NCBI GenBank assembly: GCA_017656145.1 | Contig: JACDOI010000008.1 | Coordinates: forward strand, 7,389-71,388 | DNA: 64,000 nt | Direction: 5' to 3' | Source: Bacillota bacterium | Lineage (GTDB): Bacteria > Bacillota > Limnochordia > Limnochordales > ZCTH02-B6 | Part shown: positions 1 to 9,241 of the stretch, one piece after another | Numbering within the stretch: the first letter of the stretch is position 1 | How the letters are laid out: each line of letters opens with the position of its first letter | Translations under genes and position numbers: made by a program | The notes under the pieces: generated by a model | Told to the model about the DNA's origin: nothing | Seen by the model: the letters and a program-made list of their open reading frames with translations, nothing else | The model's database searches: none

Positions 1-199
1 ACGTGTTGTCCAAGATGCCCGGATGGCTCTGGTAGCTGCCCAAGAAGGCGCTGGTCTCCGCCTGGTTTTGATTCCACTGCTTGCACGCGACCTCACACGC
101 CTTGCATCCGATGCATTCGGAGAGGTCGGTCAACATGGCCACGTCCGCACCGGATCGGGCCGCTGCTTGGGGGTCGGTTAATATCGCCGCGCGTCCCAT
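1..199 (-). CDS. Formate dehydrogenase iron-sulfur (beta, FdnH-like) subunit; N-terminal fragment that runs off the window start
   Basis: My translation of the minus strand from the ATG at 199-197 gives MGRAAILTDPQAAARSGADVAMLTDLSECIGCKACEVACKQWNQNQ... The CxxCxxCxxxC ferredoxin motif sits where FdnH has it. A GGAGG lies about 7 nt upstream, and the ORF begins 14 nt after the fdhA stop. It is absent from the ORF track because it is open at the window edge. Confidence 0.8.
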   Translation of the reverse strand, partial: MGRAAILTDPQAAARSGADVAMLTDLSECIGCKACEVACKQWNQNQAETSAFLGSYQSHPGILDNT

Positions 200-212
200 G
201 ACACAACCTCCC

Positions 213-3200
213 TCACGCCAGCTTCTCGATGGTCGCCAGGAACGCTTTGGATTCCTGGATCTGGACGTTGGGATCCTGGAACTGCGGGGTCAGCCGGTTG
301 GCGATTTCTCCGGTCACGATGCCCCGGGTGGACCAGTGGATCGGAACGCCGATCTGGTAAATCACCCGGCCGTCGACCACAAGCGGCTTCAGCCGACGGG
401 TGACCAGCGCCTTCACCCGGGCCTCCCCCCGCGCCGTGGCGACCCGCACCCAGTCGCCGGTGCGTATACCGTGCTGTTGGGCCAACTCCGGGCTGAGCTC
501 GACAAACGGCTCGGGGAACGCTTCCGCGAGCCACGGGAGCCAGCGGGTCATGATGCCCGACGTCAAGTGCTCCGTCAACCGGTACGTCGTCATGACGTAC
601 GGGAACTGGCGAACGTCGCCCACCCGGGAGAACACCCGCGCCACCGGGTTCTTCTCCTGAGCGTAGAGCAAGTTCGCCACAGGCGCCTCAATGGGCTCGT
701 AGTGAACCGGGAACGGTCCTTCCTGCAGAGGCCCGAACAATCCGCCGACTCCCCACTCCTTCATGATGAACGGGTTGTCACCGCCCACGCCGTAGGTCGG
801 GTTGTACCCGTCGGGCGGGACCGGCAACATGTCGGGAACGTCGAGCCCCGTCCATTTCTGGCCGTCCCACCAGATGAGCCGCTTGCTCTCGGCCCACGGG
901 CGGCCTTGCGGGTCTGCCGAAGAGCGATTGTACAGTACCCGCCTGTTGCTCGGCCAGGCAAAGCCCCAGCCATGGTGCAGATAATCATCGGCGTTCTTGT
1001 TGCGGGACGCGGCGATGTTCCCCTGCTCTGTGTATACGCCGGTGTAGATCCAGCAGCCTGCCGCGGTGCTGCCGTCGTCCTTGAGCTCCCCGAACGAGGA
1101 CAGCTGCCGGCGGGTAGCCCATTCGTAGCCGTTGATCTCCTTGAGGACCAACTCGGAGTCGGGCTCCTCGTCGATACCCGCCCCGTAGTCCCAGTGGAGA
1201 TACTTGATCGGCTCGTCCTGCGGTTTGGTGGAGTCGGCGTACAACCGCTTGAGCCGCAGCGCCAGGGCATTCGCGTACCAGAGATCGCCCTTGGATTCGC
1301 CGATGGGCTCAATGACCCGGTGCTTCCACTGGATGAGTCGGTGGGTGTTCGTGAACGACCCGGGCTTCTCCAGCGGACCGGCGGCCGGCAGGAAGAACAC
1401 TTCCGTCTGGATGGATCGGGGATCGACTCCCGGCAGCTTCCAGAATTCCGACGTATCGTTCTGGAATATGTCCACGACCACCAGCCAGTCGAGCTTCGCC
1501 AGCGCCTGCTGCACCCGGGTCGCATCCGCTGAACCCACCGCCGGGTTTTGGCCGAACACGACCAGCGCCTTCACAACACCGTCCAGGGCATCCTGGAAGA
1601 TGTCGTAGTGCGAATACGCGTGCTTGTCGGCGCGACCCTTGGGCAGGTAGTGGTACGCAAAGTCGTTCTCCGGGGTAGCCTTGTCGCCCCACCACGCTTT
1701 GAGCAGGCTGACCATGAACTTCTTCTTGTTGATCCAGTAGCCGGTCTTGGGCGTCGTCCGCTCGATGAATTCGTCAAGCGTGCGGTGGGACGAGCGAGGC
1801 GTTCCGAGGTATCCGGGCAGATCGTGCCACAACACGGCCAGGTCCGTAGCGCCCTGAACGTTCGCGTGACCCCGCAACGCCGCAATGCCGCCGCCGGGGA
1901 CGCCGATGTTGCCCAGAAGCAGCTGCAAGATGGCCGCGGTGCGGATGTTTTGCACGCCCTTGGTGTGTTGCGTCCAACCCATCGCGTACGCGAACACGGC
2001 GCTTTTGTCCGGCGCGGCGGTGGCTGTTACTTCCTCAGCCAGCTGGAGGAATGTCTCCACCGGGATCCCTGTCACCCGGGACACCATCTCGGGCGTGTAC
2101 TTGCTGTACAGGCGCCGCAAGTGCTGGTAGACGCAGTTGGGATGCTGCAGGGTGTCGTCCCGCAACGGCTGGCCGCTGCCGTTGGTCTGGTACGTCCACG
2201 TCGACCGGTTGTACGTCTTGGCATCCTCGTCCCAACCGGTAAACAGCCCCTCGTGGAACTCAAACTTGGGATCGAGCAGCAGCGGCGCGTTCGTGTAGTG
2301 GACCACGTAATCCCGCTGGATGCGGTTGTTCTCGATCGCGTAGCGGATCAATCCACCGAGAACGACGATATCCGTCCCCGAGCGGAACGGGATGTACCAG
2401 TCAGCCTTGGAGGCGCTGCGGGTAAAGCGCGGATCGAGGACGATGAACTTGGCCCCGTTCTCTTTCGCCCGCAGGAACCACTTCATGCTGATGGGGTGAT
2501 TTTCCGCCGCGTTAGACCCCATGAACACGACCAGATCCGTCCGGGGAACATCCCAGAGCGCCGTGGTCATGGCGCCGCGACCGAAGCTTGTGCCCAGACC
2601 GGGCACTGTGGAAGAGTGTCATATACGGGCGTGGTGTTCTAGGTAGCTGACCCCCAGCGCCCGCATGAGCTTGGTGAGGGCGTAGTTGTCTTCGTTTTCG
2701 AGGACCGCGCTGCCAAGATGCGCCATCGCATCCAGGCGGTTGACGATGACGCCGTCTTCTTCATGAATGAAGTACTGGTCGCGCGTGCGCTTGATGCGTT
2801 CCGCGATCATGTCCAGGGCCTGCTTCAAATCGATGGGTTGCCACTCGGTGCTCCCGGGCGCCCGGTAGAGCGCCTTTGTCGCGCGGTTTTCGTTGTAAGC
2901 GAGCTGGAAGGTGGCCGCACCCTTGGGGCACAGGGAGCCTTCGCTGATCGGGTGCTCGATGTTCCCCTCCACGTTGAGCAGCTGCCCGTTGCGCACGTGC
3001 GCCACCGTGCCGCAGCCGACCGAGCAGAACGGGCAGACGCCCAACACCTCTTTCGCCTCGCTGATGCGCAGCTCGTCAGTTCTTCTCTGCGCGGCGGCGT
3101 TCCTCGCGCCGCCGGCCACAAGCCCTGCCGCCGCGGCGGCCGACATGCCCGACAGCTTGAGAAAGTCCCGCCGGTTTAAGGTCATGGGCGCGCTTTCCAT
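213..3200 (-). CDS. fdhA: Formate dehydrogenase catalytic alpha subunit (Mo/W-bis-MGD oxidoreductase); Tat-exported and selenocysteine-containing, with the TGA at 2621-2619 decoded as Sec
   Basis: Track ORFs 2619..3200 and 213..2606 share one frame and are separated only by TGA plus 4 codons. The joined product is about 995 aa. It has a twin-arginine signal (MTLNRRDFLKLSGMSAAAAAG) and a CPFCSVGCG FeS motif. The junction ...LEHHARI-U-HSSTVPGLGTSFGRGAMT matches the Sec/Cys active-site context of FdnG/FdhF-type enzymes. Confidence 0.9.
2590..2621 (-). promoter_or_regulatory. In-frame UGA with a SECIS-like hairpin (GUGCCC-GGUCU-GGGCAC) starting 12 nt downstream
   Basis: The minus strand reads UGA CAC UCU UCC ACA GUGCCC GGUCU GGGCAC. 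This is a perfect 6-bp stem whose apical loop contains GGUC, as in the E. coli fdhF SECIS apical loop. The spacing from the UGA is close to the roughly 11 nt I recall for the minimal fdhF element. Confidence 0.7.
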
Positions 3201-3308
3201 TCCCCTTCCTCCTCCCGCCTTTTCCCGGCCGTATGTGGCTTCCTCAGGCCAATTTCACTATATTTTACTCATATTATATATTCGTCGTGTCAAGCGTTCA
3301 ATAACTCC

Positions 3309-4136
3309 TCAACACGTTCCGCCAACCGTCGTCGTCGAACGAACCGCCGCTTCGGCACCCTCAGGACCGCTTCCCGCGCCGGTTTCGGCCGTGTCGGAAA
3401 GCTTTAGGCGCCCGGCGGTGTCCGTGTACACCACCATCCTTTCGGAACGCAAGTAGCCCACCAGGGCGATGCGCAAGCGGTCGGCTAGCCGCACGGCCTG
3501 ATCGGTGGCCGCGGTGCGGGATGCGCCCACCGCCAGGCGGGCCCTGGCCAGTTTGACGCACATCTCGTACGAGATGCGCCCCGACGTCACGAGGAAGCAG
3601 CGCTCCAAATTCCATCCGGAGGCCATGGCGGCGCCCACCGCCTTGTCCACGGCGTTATGCCGCCCGATGTCTTCCCGGATCAGAGCCTGGCCGCTGCCCG
3701 CGTCCACCACCGCGGCCGAGTGCACGCCGCCGGTGGCCCGGTAAAGGGCGGCTCCCTCCTCGAGCGCTTTCTGGGCTTTGAAAAGCTGAGCGTGGTCCAC
3801 CGCGAGCGGGTGCTCAAGCGGCTTGAGCATCATCGCATCGCGAACAGAAGAAAATGTGACGCCTTTGCCGCACCCGGATGTCACGTATCGCCTGCGGGCC
3901 ATTTCCAGACGAAATCGAGGGGAAAGGTCGGCCTCGACGTAAACCGCCAAAGCCGCGCCGTCCACTTCCAGGTGGCGGACGGCTTCGGGGCCGTCGATGA
4001 CGCCTTCTGAAAACAACAAGCCGTACGCCCAGTCGTCAAGCCACTGGGGAGTGGTCTGCACCGTCAGAAGCGCCCGTCCGTTGACCCAAAGCGTCGTTGG
4101 GCGCTCGCTGGGAGTCGGAGGCCGGGACCGGTTCAC
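3309..4136 (-). CDS. fdhD: Formate dehydrogenase accessory sulfurtransferase FdhD
   Basis: 275 aa. Contains GRHNAVDKAVGAAM and TSGRISYEMCVK family motifs and a Cys-containing loop (YVTSGCGKG). The GTG start is preceded by GAGGAGGGGG. The gene lies directly upstream of fdhA on the same strand. Confidence 0.85.
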   Translation of the reverse strand: MNRSRPPTPSERPTTLWVNGRALLTVQTTPQWLDDWAYGLLFSEGVIDGPEAVRHLEVDGAALAVYVEADLSPRFRLEMARRRYVTSGCGKGVTFSSVRDAMMLKPLEHPLAVDHAQLFKAQKALEEGAALYRATGGVHSAAVVDAGSGQALIREDIGRHNAVDKAVGAAMASGWNLERCFLVTSGRISYEMCVKLARARLAVGASRTAATDQAVRLADRLRIALVGYLRSERMVVYTDTAGRLKLSDTAETGAGSGPEGAEAAVRSTTTVGGTC

Positions 4137-4328
4137 AACAGCCCCCTCCTCATCCGCCTGAGGCGGATCCCTGACTGGCTGCCCTCTAGGGCCGTGACCG
4201 ACAATAAGATTCTACTCGCCCTGAGGGATTTCTCCTGCTGATCGACAGGGAATTCCATTGCACTCAGATAATAGATTATTCGACCCTGACGGCACCGGTC
4301 CGGTCAGCCGGCACGAGGGGGCCGCCCT

Positions 4329-5051
4329 GTGGTTGAAGTACGCCGGAACGTTCCGGCGCCTGCCGAATATCCGGTCACACTGTACATCAACGGCCAGGAA
4401 TACGTGTCGGTCCAGGCCACACCCGCCGACCTTGAAGATTTCGCGCTGGGCTTTCTGTTGACCGAAGGCATCGTCCGCTCGCCGGCAGGCATTTCGGGAC
4501 TCGTCGCGACAGACAGGGGGATCATTTGGATCGATTTGGCGCCGGAAAACCGCCCCCCGGCTCCGGCAGGCCTCATTTCCGATCGAGACCGGGGGATTGC
4601 CGCGGAGGGATCCGCCCGCCTGTCGCCCGTCCCTCCCGGAATAACGGTCTCCCCCCGGGATCTAGCGGCCTGGGTCGGGCGAATGGCCCAAGAAGCCATC
4701 CGATATCGCGAAACCCGAGGAATTCATGCGTGCCTGATCGCCCGGCCCGCTTTCGGGGAGTGGCTGGTGCGGGAGGACATCGGGCGCCACAATGCGGTTG
4801 ATAAAGCCATCGGCGCGGCCTTGCGCCGCGGGTGGGACGGTCCGGAAACGGTCGTCTGCACTTCGGGACGGATTTCGTATGAGATGTGCGTGAAAGCGGC
4901 TCGCTTCGGCACCGGCATCGTGGCCAGCCGCACGGCCGCCACCGACATGGCCTGCGATCTGGCCGACCGTTTAGGCATGGACCTAGTCGGCTACGTGCGA
5001 ACGGCCACCCGGTACACCTTGTACACCTCGGGCCGCCGCCTGGCCGGTTGA
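4329..5051 (+). CDS. FdhD-family paralog without a cysteine in the loop that carries the sulfur-transfer Cys in FdhD
   Basis: 240 aa. Contains GRHNAVDKAIGAAL and TSGRISYEMCVK motifs. The region equivalent to SGCGKG reads LISDRDRGIAAEGSARL and has no Cys. The GTG start has GAGGGGG upstream. The gene is divergent from fdhD and is the first gene before the two moeA genes. Confidence 0.75.
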   Translation: MVEVRRNVPAPAEYPVTLYINGQEYVSVQATPADLEDFALGFLLTEGIVRSPAGISGLVATDRGIIWIDLAPENRPPAPAGLISDRDRGIAAEGSARLSPVPPGITVSPRDLAAWVGRMAQEAIRYRETRGIHACLIARPAFGEWLVREDIGRHNAVDKAIGAALRRGWDGPETVVCTSGRISYEMCVKAARFGTGIVASRTAATDMACDLADRLGMDLVGYVRTATRYTLYTSGRRLAG

Positions 5052-5087
5052 ATTGCCGGCGGGTCAAAGCAATGGGGGAAACGGCCG

Positions 5088-6326
5088 GTGGAAGTCGATT
5101 TCTTCCAACTCAAACGGGTTAGCGAAGCGCAGCGGATCTTTCTTGAGGCGTGCCCACAAGGCCCGTTGGGCTATGAGTCCGTCGCCCTGCTCGACGCGAC
5201 CGGCCGGGTACTGGCCGAGCCGGTCCGGTCCCAGGAGGATCTCCCGGGTTTTGACCGGTCCACGGTGGACGGGTACGCGGTGCGGGCGGCCGATACGTTC
5301 GGCGCGTCAGCGGCTTTGCCGGCATACTTGCGCATCGCGGACGACATCCCCATGGGGCAAGCCGCCAACCGGCCGCTCGGGCCAGGGGAATGCGCCCGCA
5401 TCGCCACCGGGGGCATGTTGCCGCCGGGAGCGGACGCGGTCGTCATGGCGGAACACACCGACCTCATCGCCGGCGATGAGGTCGGGATCGTTCGGCCTGC
5501 GGCGCCCGGTACCAACGTCATCCGGCGGGGTGAGGACTGCCCGGCCGGGGGGGTCCTGGTCGAAGCCGGCACGATGCTCCGGCCGCAGGAGGTGGCTCTG
5601 CTCGCCCACGCCGGCGTCACCCGGGTCAAGGTGGCCCGCCGGCCTCGCGTGGCCATCCTGTCGACCGGTGACGAATTGGTCCCTCCCGATACATCGCCCG
5701 CTCCCGGGCAAATTCGCGAGTCCAACTCGTTTGCGCTGTGCGGGCTTGTGACCGCGTCCGGCGCCGAGCCGGTGCTGTTGGGCCACGCCCCGGATGAGGT
5801 CGCCGCAATTCGGGCCAAGTTGCAAGCCGGGCTGGCCGCCGACGTGGTGCTGATCTCCGGCGGATCTTCCGTCGGCGTCCGGGATATGACCGCGGCGGTG
5901 CTGGACGAACTGGGACCGCCCGGCGTTCTGGTGCACGGGGTGGCCCTCAAGCCGGCGAAACCGACGATTCTGGCCGTGGCGGGAACCAAGCCGGTCGTCG
6001 GGCTGCCGGGCAACCCCGTCAGCGCCCACGTCTCGTTTCTGCTCTTCGTTCAGCCGACCATCCGGCGCCTGTTGGGGATGGCGCCCTTCCAGCCCCGGTG
6101 GGCCGCGATCCGGGCCCGGCTCAGCAAAAACTACCCGTCCGCCGCGGGGCGAGTAGACGTGCTGAGGGTCGCCCTGGTCGAACGGGACGGCGAACTGTGG
6201 GCTGAGCCCGTTCAGGGCAAAAGCGGGCTCATCTCCACCCTTACCAGCGCGAACGGCATGGTCATCATCGAAGAAACCCAAGAAGGCCTCACGGCCGGCC
6301 AGTGGGTGGACGTGTGGCCCATTTGA
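5088..6326 (+). CDS. moeA: Molybdopterin molybdenumtransferase MoeA
   Basis: 412 aa with MoeA N, central and C domains by motif recall (STVDGYAVRAADT, RRGEDC, ILSTGDELV, ISGGSSVG, LPGNPVSA). Confidence 0.85.
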   Translation: MEVDFFQLKRVSEAQRIFLEACPQGPLGYESVALLDATGRVLAEPVRSQEDLPGFDRSTVDGYAVRAADTFGASAALPAYLRIADDIPMGQAANRPLGPGECARIATGGMLPPGADAVVMAEHTDLIAGDEVGIVRPAAPGTNVIRRGEDCPAGGVLVEAGTMLRPQEVALLAHAGVTRVKVARRPRVAILSTGDELVPPDTSPAPGQIRESNSFALCGLVTASGAEPVLLGHAPDEVAAIRAKLQAGLAADVVLISGGSSVGVRDMTAAVLDELGPPGVLVHGVALKPAKPTILAVAGTKPVVGLPGNPVSAHVSFLLFVQPTIRRLLGMAPFQPRWAAIRARLSKNYPSAAGRVDVLRVALVERDGELWAEPVQGKSGLISTLTSANGMVIIEETQEGLTAGQWVDVWPI

Positions 6327-6342
6327 CGAGGTGACCGCCGCT

Positions 6343-8256
6343 ATGCCTCGCAAGATCTACCTCAATCCGGTAACGCCCGACCAGGCGATGACCGACCTTT
6401 TGGCCGCCTTGACGGTGGCCGGCTGGAAGGGCGAGCCCGAGGAACTTCCCGTGGAACAGGCCCGTGGCCGCATCATGGCGGCACCGGCCCTGGCCCGGTT
6501 TTCCGCGCCCCACTACCATGCTGCGGCCATGGACGGCATCGCCGTCCGAGCTGCCGACACGTTTCACGCGACCGAAACCAACCCCGTTCGGCTGCGGCTC
6601 GGTCAGGACGCGGTGTGGGTCAATACCGGAGATCCGCTGCCGCCCGGACGGGATGCGGTGATCATGGTGGAAATGGTCAACGAGGCCGGAGACGGCGAGA
6701 TTGAAATTTACGAGCCCGTCGCCCCATGGCAGCACGTGCGGCCCATCGGCGAAGACGTAGCGGCTACCGAGGTGGTCGTGCCCGCCGGCATCCGCATCGG
6801 ACCGGCCGAGATTGCGGCGCTGTTGGCGTGCGGCGTCACCCGGGTCCGCGTATGGCGGCAACCGGTGGTCGCTTTCATCCCTACCGGCAGCGAGCTCATT
6901 CCGCCCGGCCCCGAACCATCGCCCGGGCAGATCATTGAGTGCAACTCCCGGCTCGTGCTGGCCATGGCCGAATCCTGGGGTGCGATTGCCCGCCGGTGGG
7001 ACATCGTGCCGGACGATCACGAAAAGCTTAAGGAAGCCGTTTTGGAGGCCGTGGACCAAAGCGACATCGTCGCCGTCAACGCCGGCTCGTCAGCGGGTTC
7101 GGCCGACCACACCGTCCACGTCCTGCAAGAGATCGGCCAGGTGGTAGCTCACGGTATCGCCATTCGACCGGCCAAGCCGACGCTGTTGGCCATCGTCGCA
7201 GGAAAGCCCGTGCTGGGACTGCCCGGATACCCGGTGTCCGCCCGCTTGGCGGCCGACCTGTTTTTGAAGCCGCTGGTGTACCAGTTCCAGTCGTCCCGCC
7301 CGCCCGAGGCGCCGAAGGTCACGGCGACGCTCGGCCGTCGCCTTTCGTCGCCCATGGGAGTGGACGACTACGTCCTGGTGCAGCTGGGACATGTCGGATC
7401 ACGCCTTGTCGCTATCCCCATAAGCCGCGGCGCCGGCGTCATCACGTCGCTTTCGCGGGCTGACGGCATGCTTGTCGTCGGGGCCGACCGCGAAGGCATC
7501 GAGGAAGGCACCGAGGTTACGGTGGAGCTCTGGCGGTCGCCGGAGGAAATCGCGCGGGCCGTCGTGGCTTCAGGCAGTCACGACATCATTCTCGATTTGT
7601 TGTCCTCTTGGCTCCACCGGCGGTCCGCGGGGTTCACCTTGAGTTCGGCCCATGTCGGGAGCCTAGCCGGGCTTGCCGCGCTGGGCCGGGGTGAGGCTCA
7701 CATGGCCGGCATTCATCTGCTGGATCCCGCAACCGGCGAATACAACGTCGCCTACGTCCGGCGCTACTTGCGCCAGCCGGCCCGCCTCGTGCTTTTGTGC
7801 CGCAGGCAGCAAGGCTTCATGGTCGCGCCCGGAAACCCCAAGGGAATCCGCAGCGTCGCGGACCTGGCCCGTCCCGGCATCCGGTTCGTCAACCGCCAGC
7901 GGGGCGCGGGCACCCGCCTCCTGCTCGACTACGAACTGGCACGCAACGGCATCCAACCCGAACAGGTGGAAGGCTACGGGCATGAACAGTACACCCACCT
8001 CGCCTGCGCGGCCGCGGTCCGCGCCGGCGGCGCCGACTGCGCCCTGGGAATCTTGGCCGCCGCCCAAGCCTTGGGCCTGGATTTCGTCCCGCTGGCCCAA
8101 GAGGAATACGAACTGTGCATCCCGGCTGCGCACTGGGATCACCCGGGAGTGCAGGCGGTCCTCCGGCTCATTCAGGATCCCGAATTCCAGCAGGAGGTCT
8201 GTGCCCTGGGCGGGTACGACATGAGCGAGGCGGGCCGGGTCCGGGCGGTGGAATAG
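6343..8256 (+). CDS. MoeA fused to a C-terminal periplasmic-binding-protein-like (PBP-like) domain
   Basis: The N-terminal ~400 aa are MoeA-like (AMDGIAVRAADT, IPTGSELIPPG, NAGSSAGSADH, LPGYPVSA). The C-terminal ~230 aa resemble the PBP-like domain seen in MoeA/PBP fusions and molybdate-responsive regulators. I prefer the ATG at 6343 (GAGGTG 10 nt upstream) over the GTG at 6331 used in the track. Confidence 0.75.
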   Translation: MPRKIYLNPVTPDQAMTDLLAALTVAGWKGEPEELPVEQARGRIMAAPALARFSAPHYHAAAMDGIAVRAADTFHATETNPVRLRLGQDAVWVNTGDPLPPGRDAVIMVEMVNEAGDGEIEIYEPVAPWQHVRPIGEDVAATEVVVPAGIRIGPAEIAALLACGVTRVRVWRQPVVAFIPTGSELIPPGPEPSPGQIIECNSRLVLAMAESWGAIARRWDIVPDDHEKLKEAVLEAVDQSDIVAVNAGSSAGSADHTVHVLQEIGQVVAHGIAIRPAKPTLLAIVAGKPVLGLPGYPVSARLAADLFLKPLVYQFQSSRPPEAPKVTATLGRRLSSPMGVDDYVLVQLGHVGSRLVAIPISRGAGVITSLSRADGMLVVGADREGIEEGTEVTVELWRSPEEIARAVVASGSHDIILDLLSSWLHRRSAGFTLSSAHVGSLAGLAALGRGEAHMAGIHLLDPATGEYNVAYVRRYLRQPARLVLLCRRQQGFMVAPGNPKGIRSVADLARPGIRFVNRQRGAGTRLLLDYELARNGIQPEQVEGYGHEQYTHLACAAAVRAGGADCALGILAAAQALGLDFVPLAQEEYELCIPAAHWDHPGVQAVLRLIQDPEFQQEVCALGGYDMSEAGRVRAVE

Positions 8257-8340
8257 GTACCAGCCCGTCCCCACCTTGTCAAACGTTTGGTTGTGTCCCA
8301 AAACGCCTGGAAACAAACCTGACGGAGGAAGACGAACCCG

Positions 8341-9111
8341 GTGAACGACGGTGCGCTCCCGCCTGCCCCGGCCCAGAGCGCCTCCCGGCTCTGGGAGGTG
8401 GACACGCTGCGGGGCCTGGCGGTAGTCATGATGGTCTTCTACCACCTCATGTGGGACCTGAGCTACTTCGGGATCTATCCGGCGCCGGTCACCCGCGGGG
8501 GCTGGCTGTTGTTCGCCCGGGCCACGGCCTCCCTATTTTTGCTTCTTGTCGGCGTCAGCATGACATTGGCAGAGGCCAGGGCTCAAGAAGCCGGCGCCAA
8601 GGCTGCGCCTCTCAGACAATGGTACGGCCGGGGCCTAAAGCTTCTCGGCTGGGGCATGGTGATCAGCCTGATCACCTGGCCAGTCTTGGGCCGGCAATTC
8701 ATCGCCTTCGGCGTGCTTCATTTGATCGGCACGGCGCTTTTGCTTGCGCCGCTGTTGCTTCGCTTCCGGCGGTACGCGCTGGCTTTGGGCGGTGCGCTGC
8801 TCGCGCTGGGGCTCACCATCCGGCAACTTGAGGCTTCAACGGCTTGGCTCCTGCCGCTGGGCATCCGCCCGCCAGGGTACGTATCGGTCGATTACTTCCC
8901 GCTCGTGCCGTGGCTCGGCTTCGTAGTGCTTGGGATCGCGCTGGGCCGAAGCTACCTCTACCGGCGCTCCCGGAAGCCGGCCGGACCCTCCCGATGCCCC
9001 GTCTTGCTGCGGCCATTGTCCTTCCTCGGCCGACACTCGCTGCTCATCTATTTAACCCACCAGCCCGTGCTGTTTGCCGGTTTCTTCTTGCTCGGCTTCC
9101 GGTTTCCATAG
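8341..9111 (+). CDS. DUF1624-family integral membrane protein (heparan-alpha-glucosaminide N-acetyltransferase-like)
   Basis: 256 aa and multi-TM. The N-terminal RLWEVDTLRGLAVVMMVFYHLMWDL pattern is typical of DUF1624. GGAGGAAG lies upstream of the GTG start. Confidence 0.6.
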   Translation: MNDGALPPAPAQSASRLWEVDTLRGLAVVMMVFYHLMWDLSYFGIYPAPVTRGGWLLFARATASLFLLLVGVSMTLAEARAQEAGAKAAPLRQWYGRGLKLLGWGMVISLITWPVLGRQFIAFGVLHLIGTALLLAPLLLRFRRYALALGGALLALGLTIRQLEASTAWLLPLGIRPPGYVSVDYFPLVPWLGFVVLGIALGRSYLYRRSRKPAGPSRCPVLLRPLSFLGRHSLLIYLTHQPVLFAGFFLLGFRFP

Positions 9112-9172
9112 TCCCCGGTCGTGCGAGCCGCTTCGGTACGTTCATCCCCTCGTGCTGGGGACAGTCGCCCCT

Positions 9173-9192
9173 GTATACCCCATTGGGTATAC
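9173..9192 (+). promoter_or_regulatory. Near-perfect palindrome GTATACCC-CATT-GGGTATAC; candidate operator upstream of the DsrE/TusA/SQR-like operon
   Basis: It has 8-bp perfect arms around a 4-nt centre, 50 nt upstream of the DsrE-like start. The right arm overlaps a TATACT -10-like hexamer. Its architecture (a GC tract flanked by AT-rich inverted ends) resembles CsoR/CstR-family operators as I recall them. Confidence 0.5.
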
Positions 9193-9241
9193 TGATACGT
9201 TTGGATTGCAGCACGAACATGTCGCCCAGGAGGGAATCCCC

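Noticed and set aside
213-3200. Formate dehydrogenase alpha subunit read as a pseudogene, or as two separate genes (193 aa plus 797 aa), because of an internal stop
   Set aside because: The stop is a single in-frame TGA at the conserved Sec/Cys position and is followed by a SECIS-like hairpin. Both halves are intact and in one frame. Selenocysteine decoding is the simpler explanation.
4137-4328. Moco (molybdenum cofactor) riboswitch in the divergent fdhD/fdhD-paralog intergenic region
   Set aside because: I could not find the conserved blocks I recall from the E. coli moaA Moco motif. Only short hairpins (CCGCC-TGA-GGCGG, CTGAC...GTCAG) and an ATAAT-AG-ATTAT mini-palindrome are present. A covariance-model scan (RF01055) would be needed to decide.
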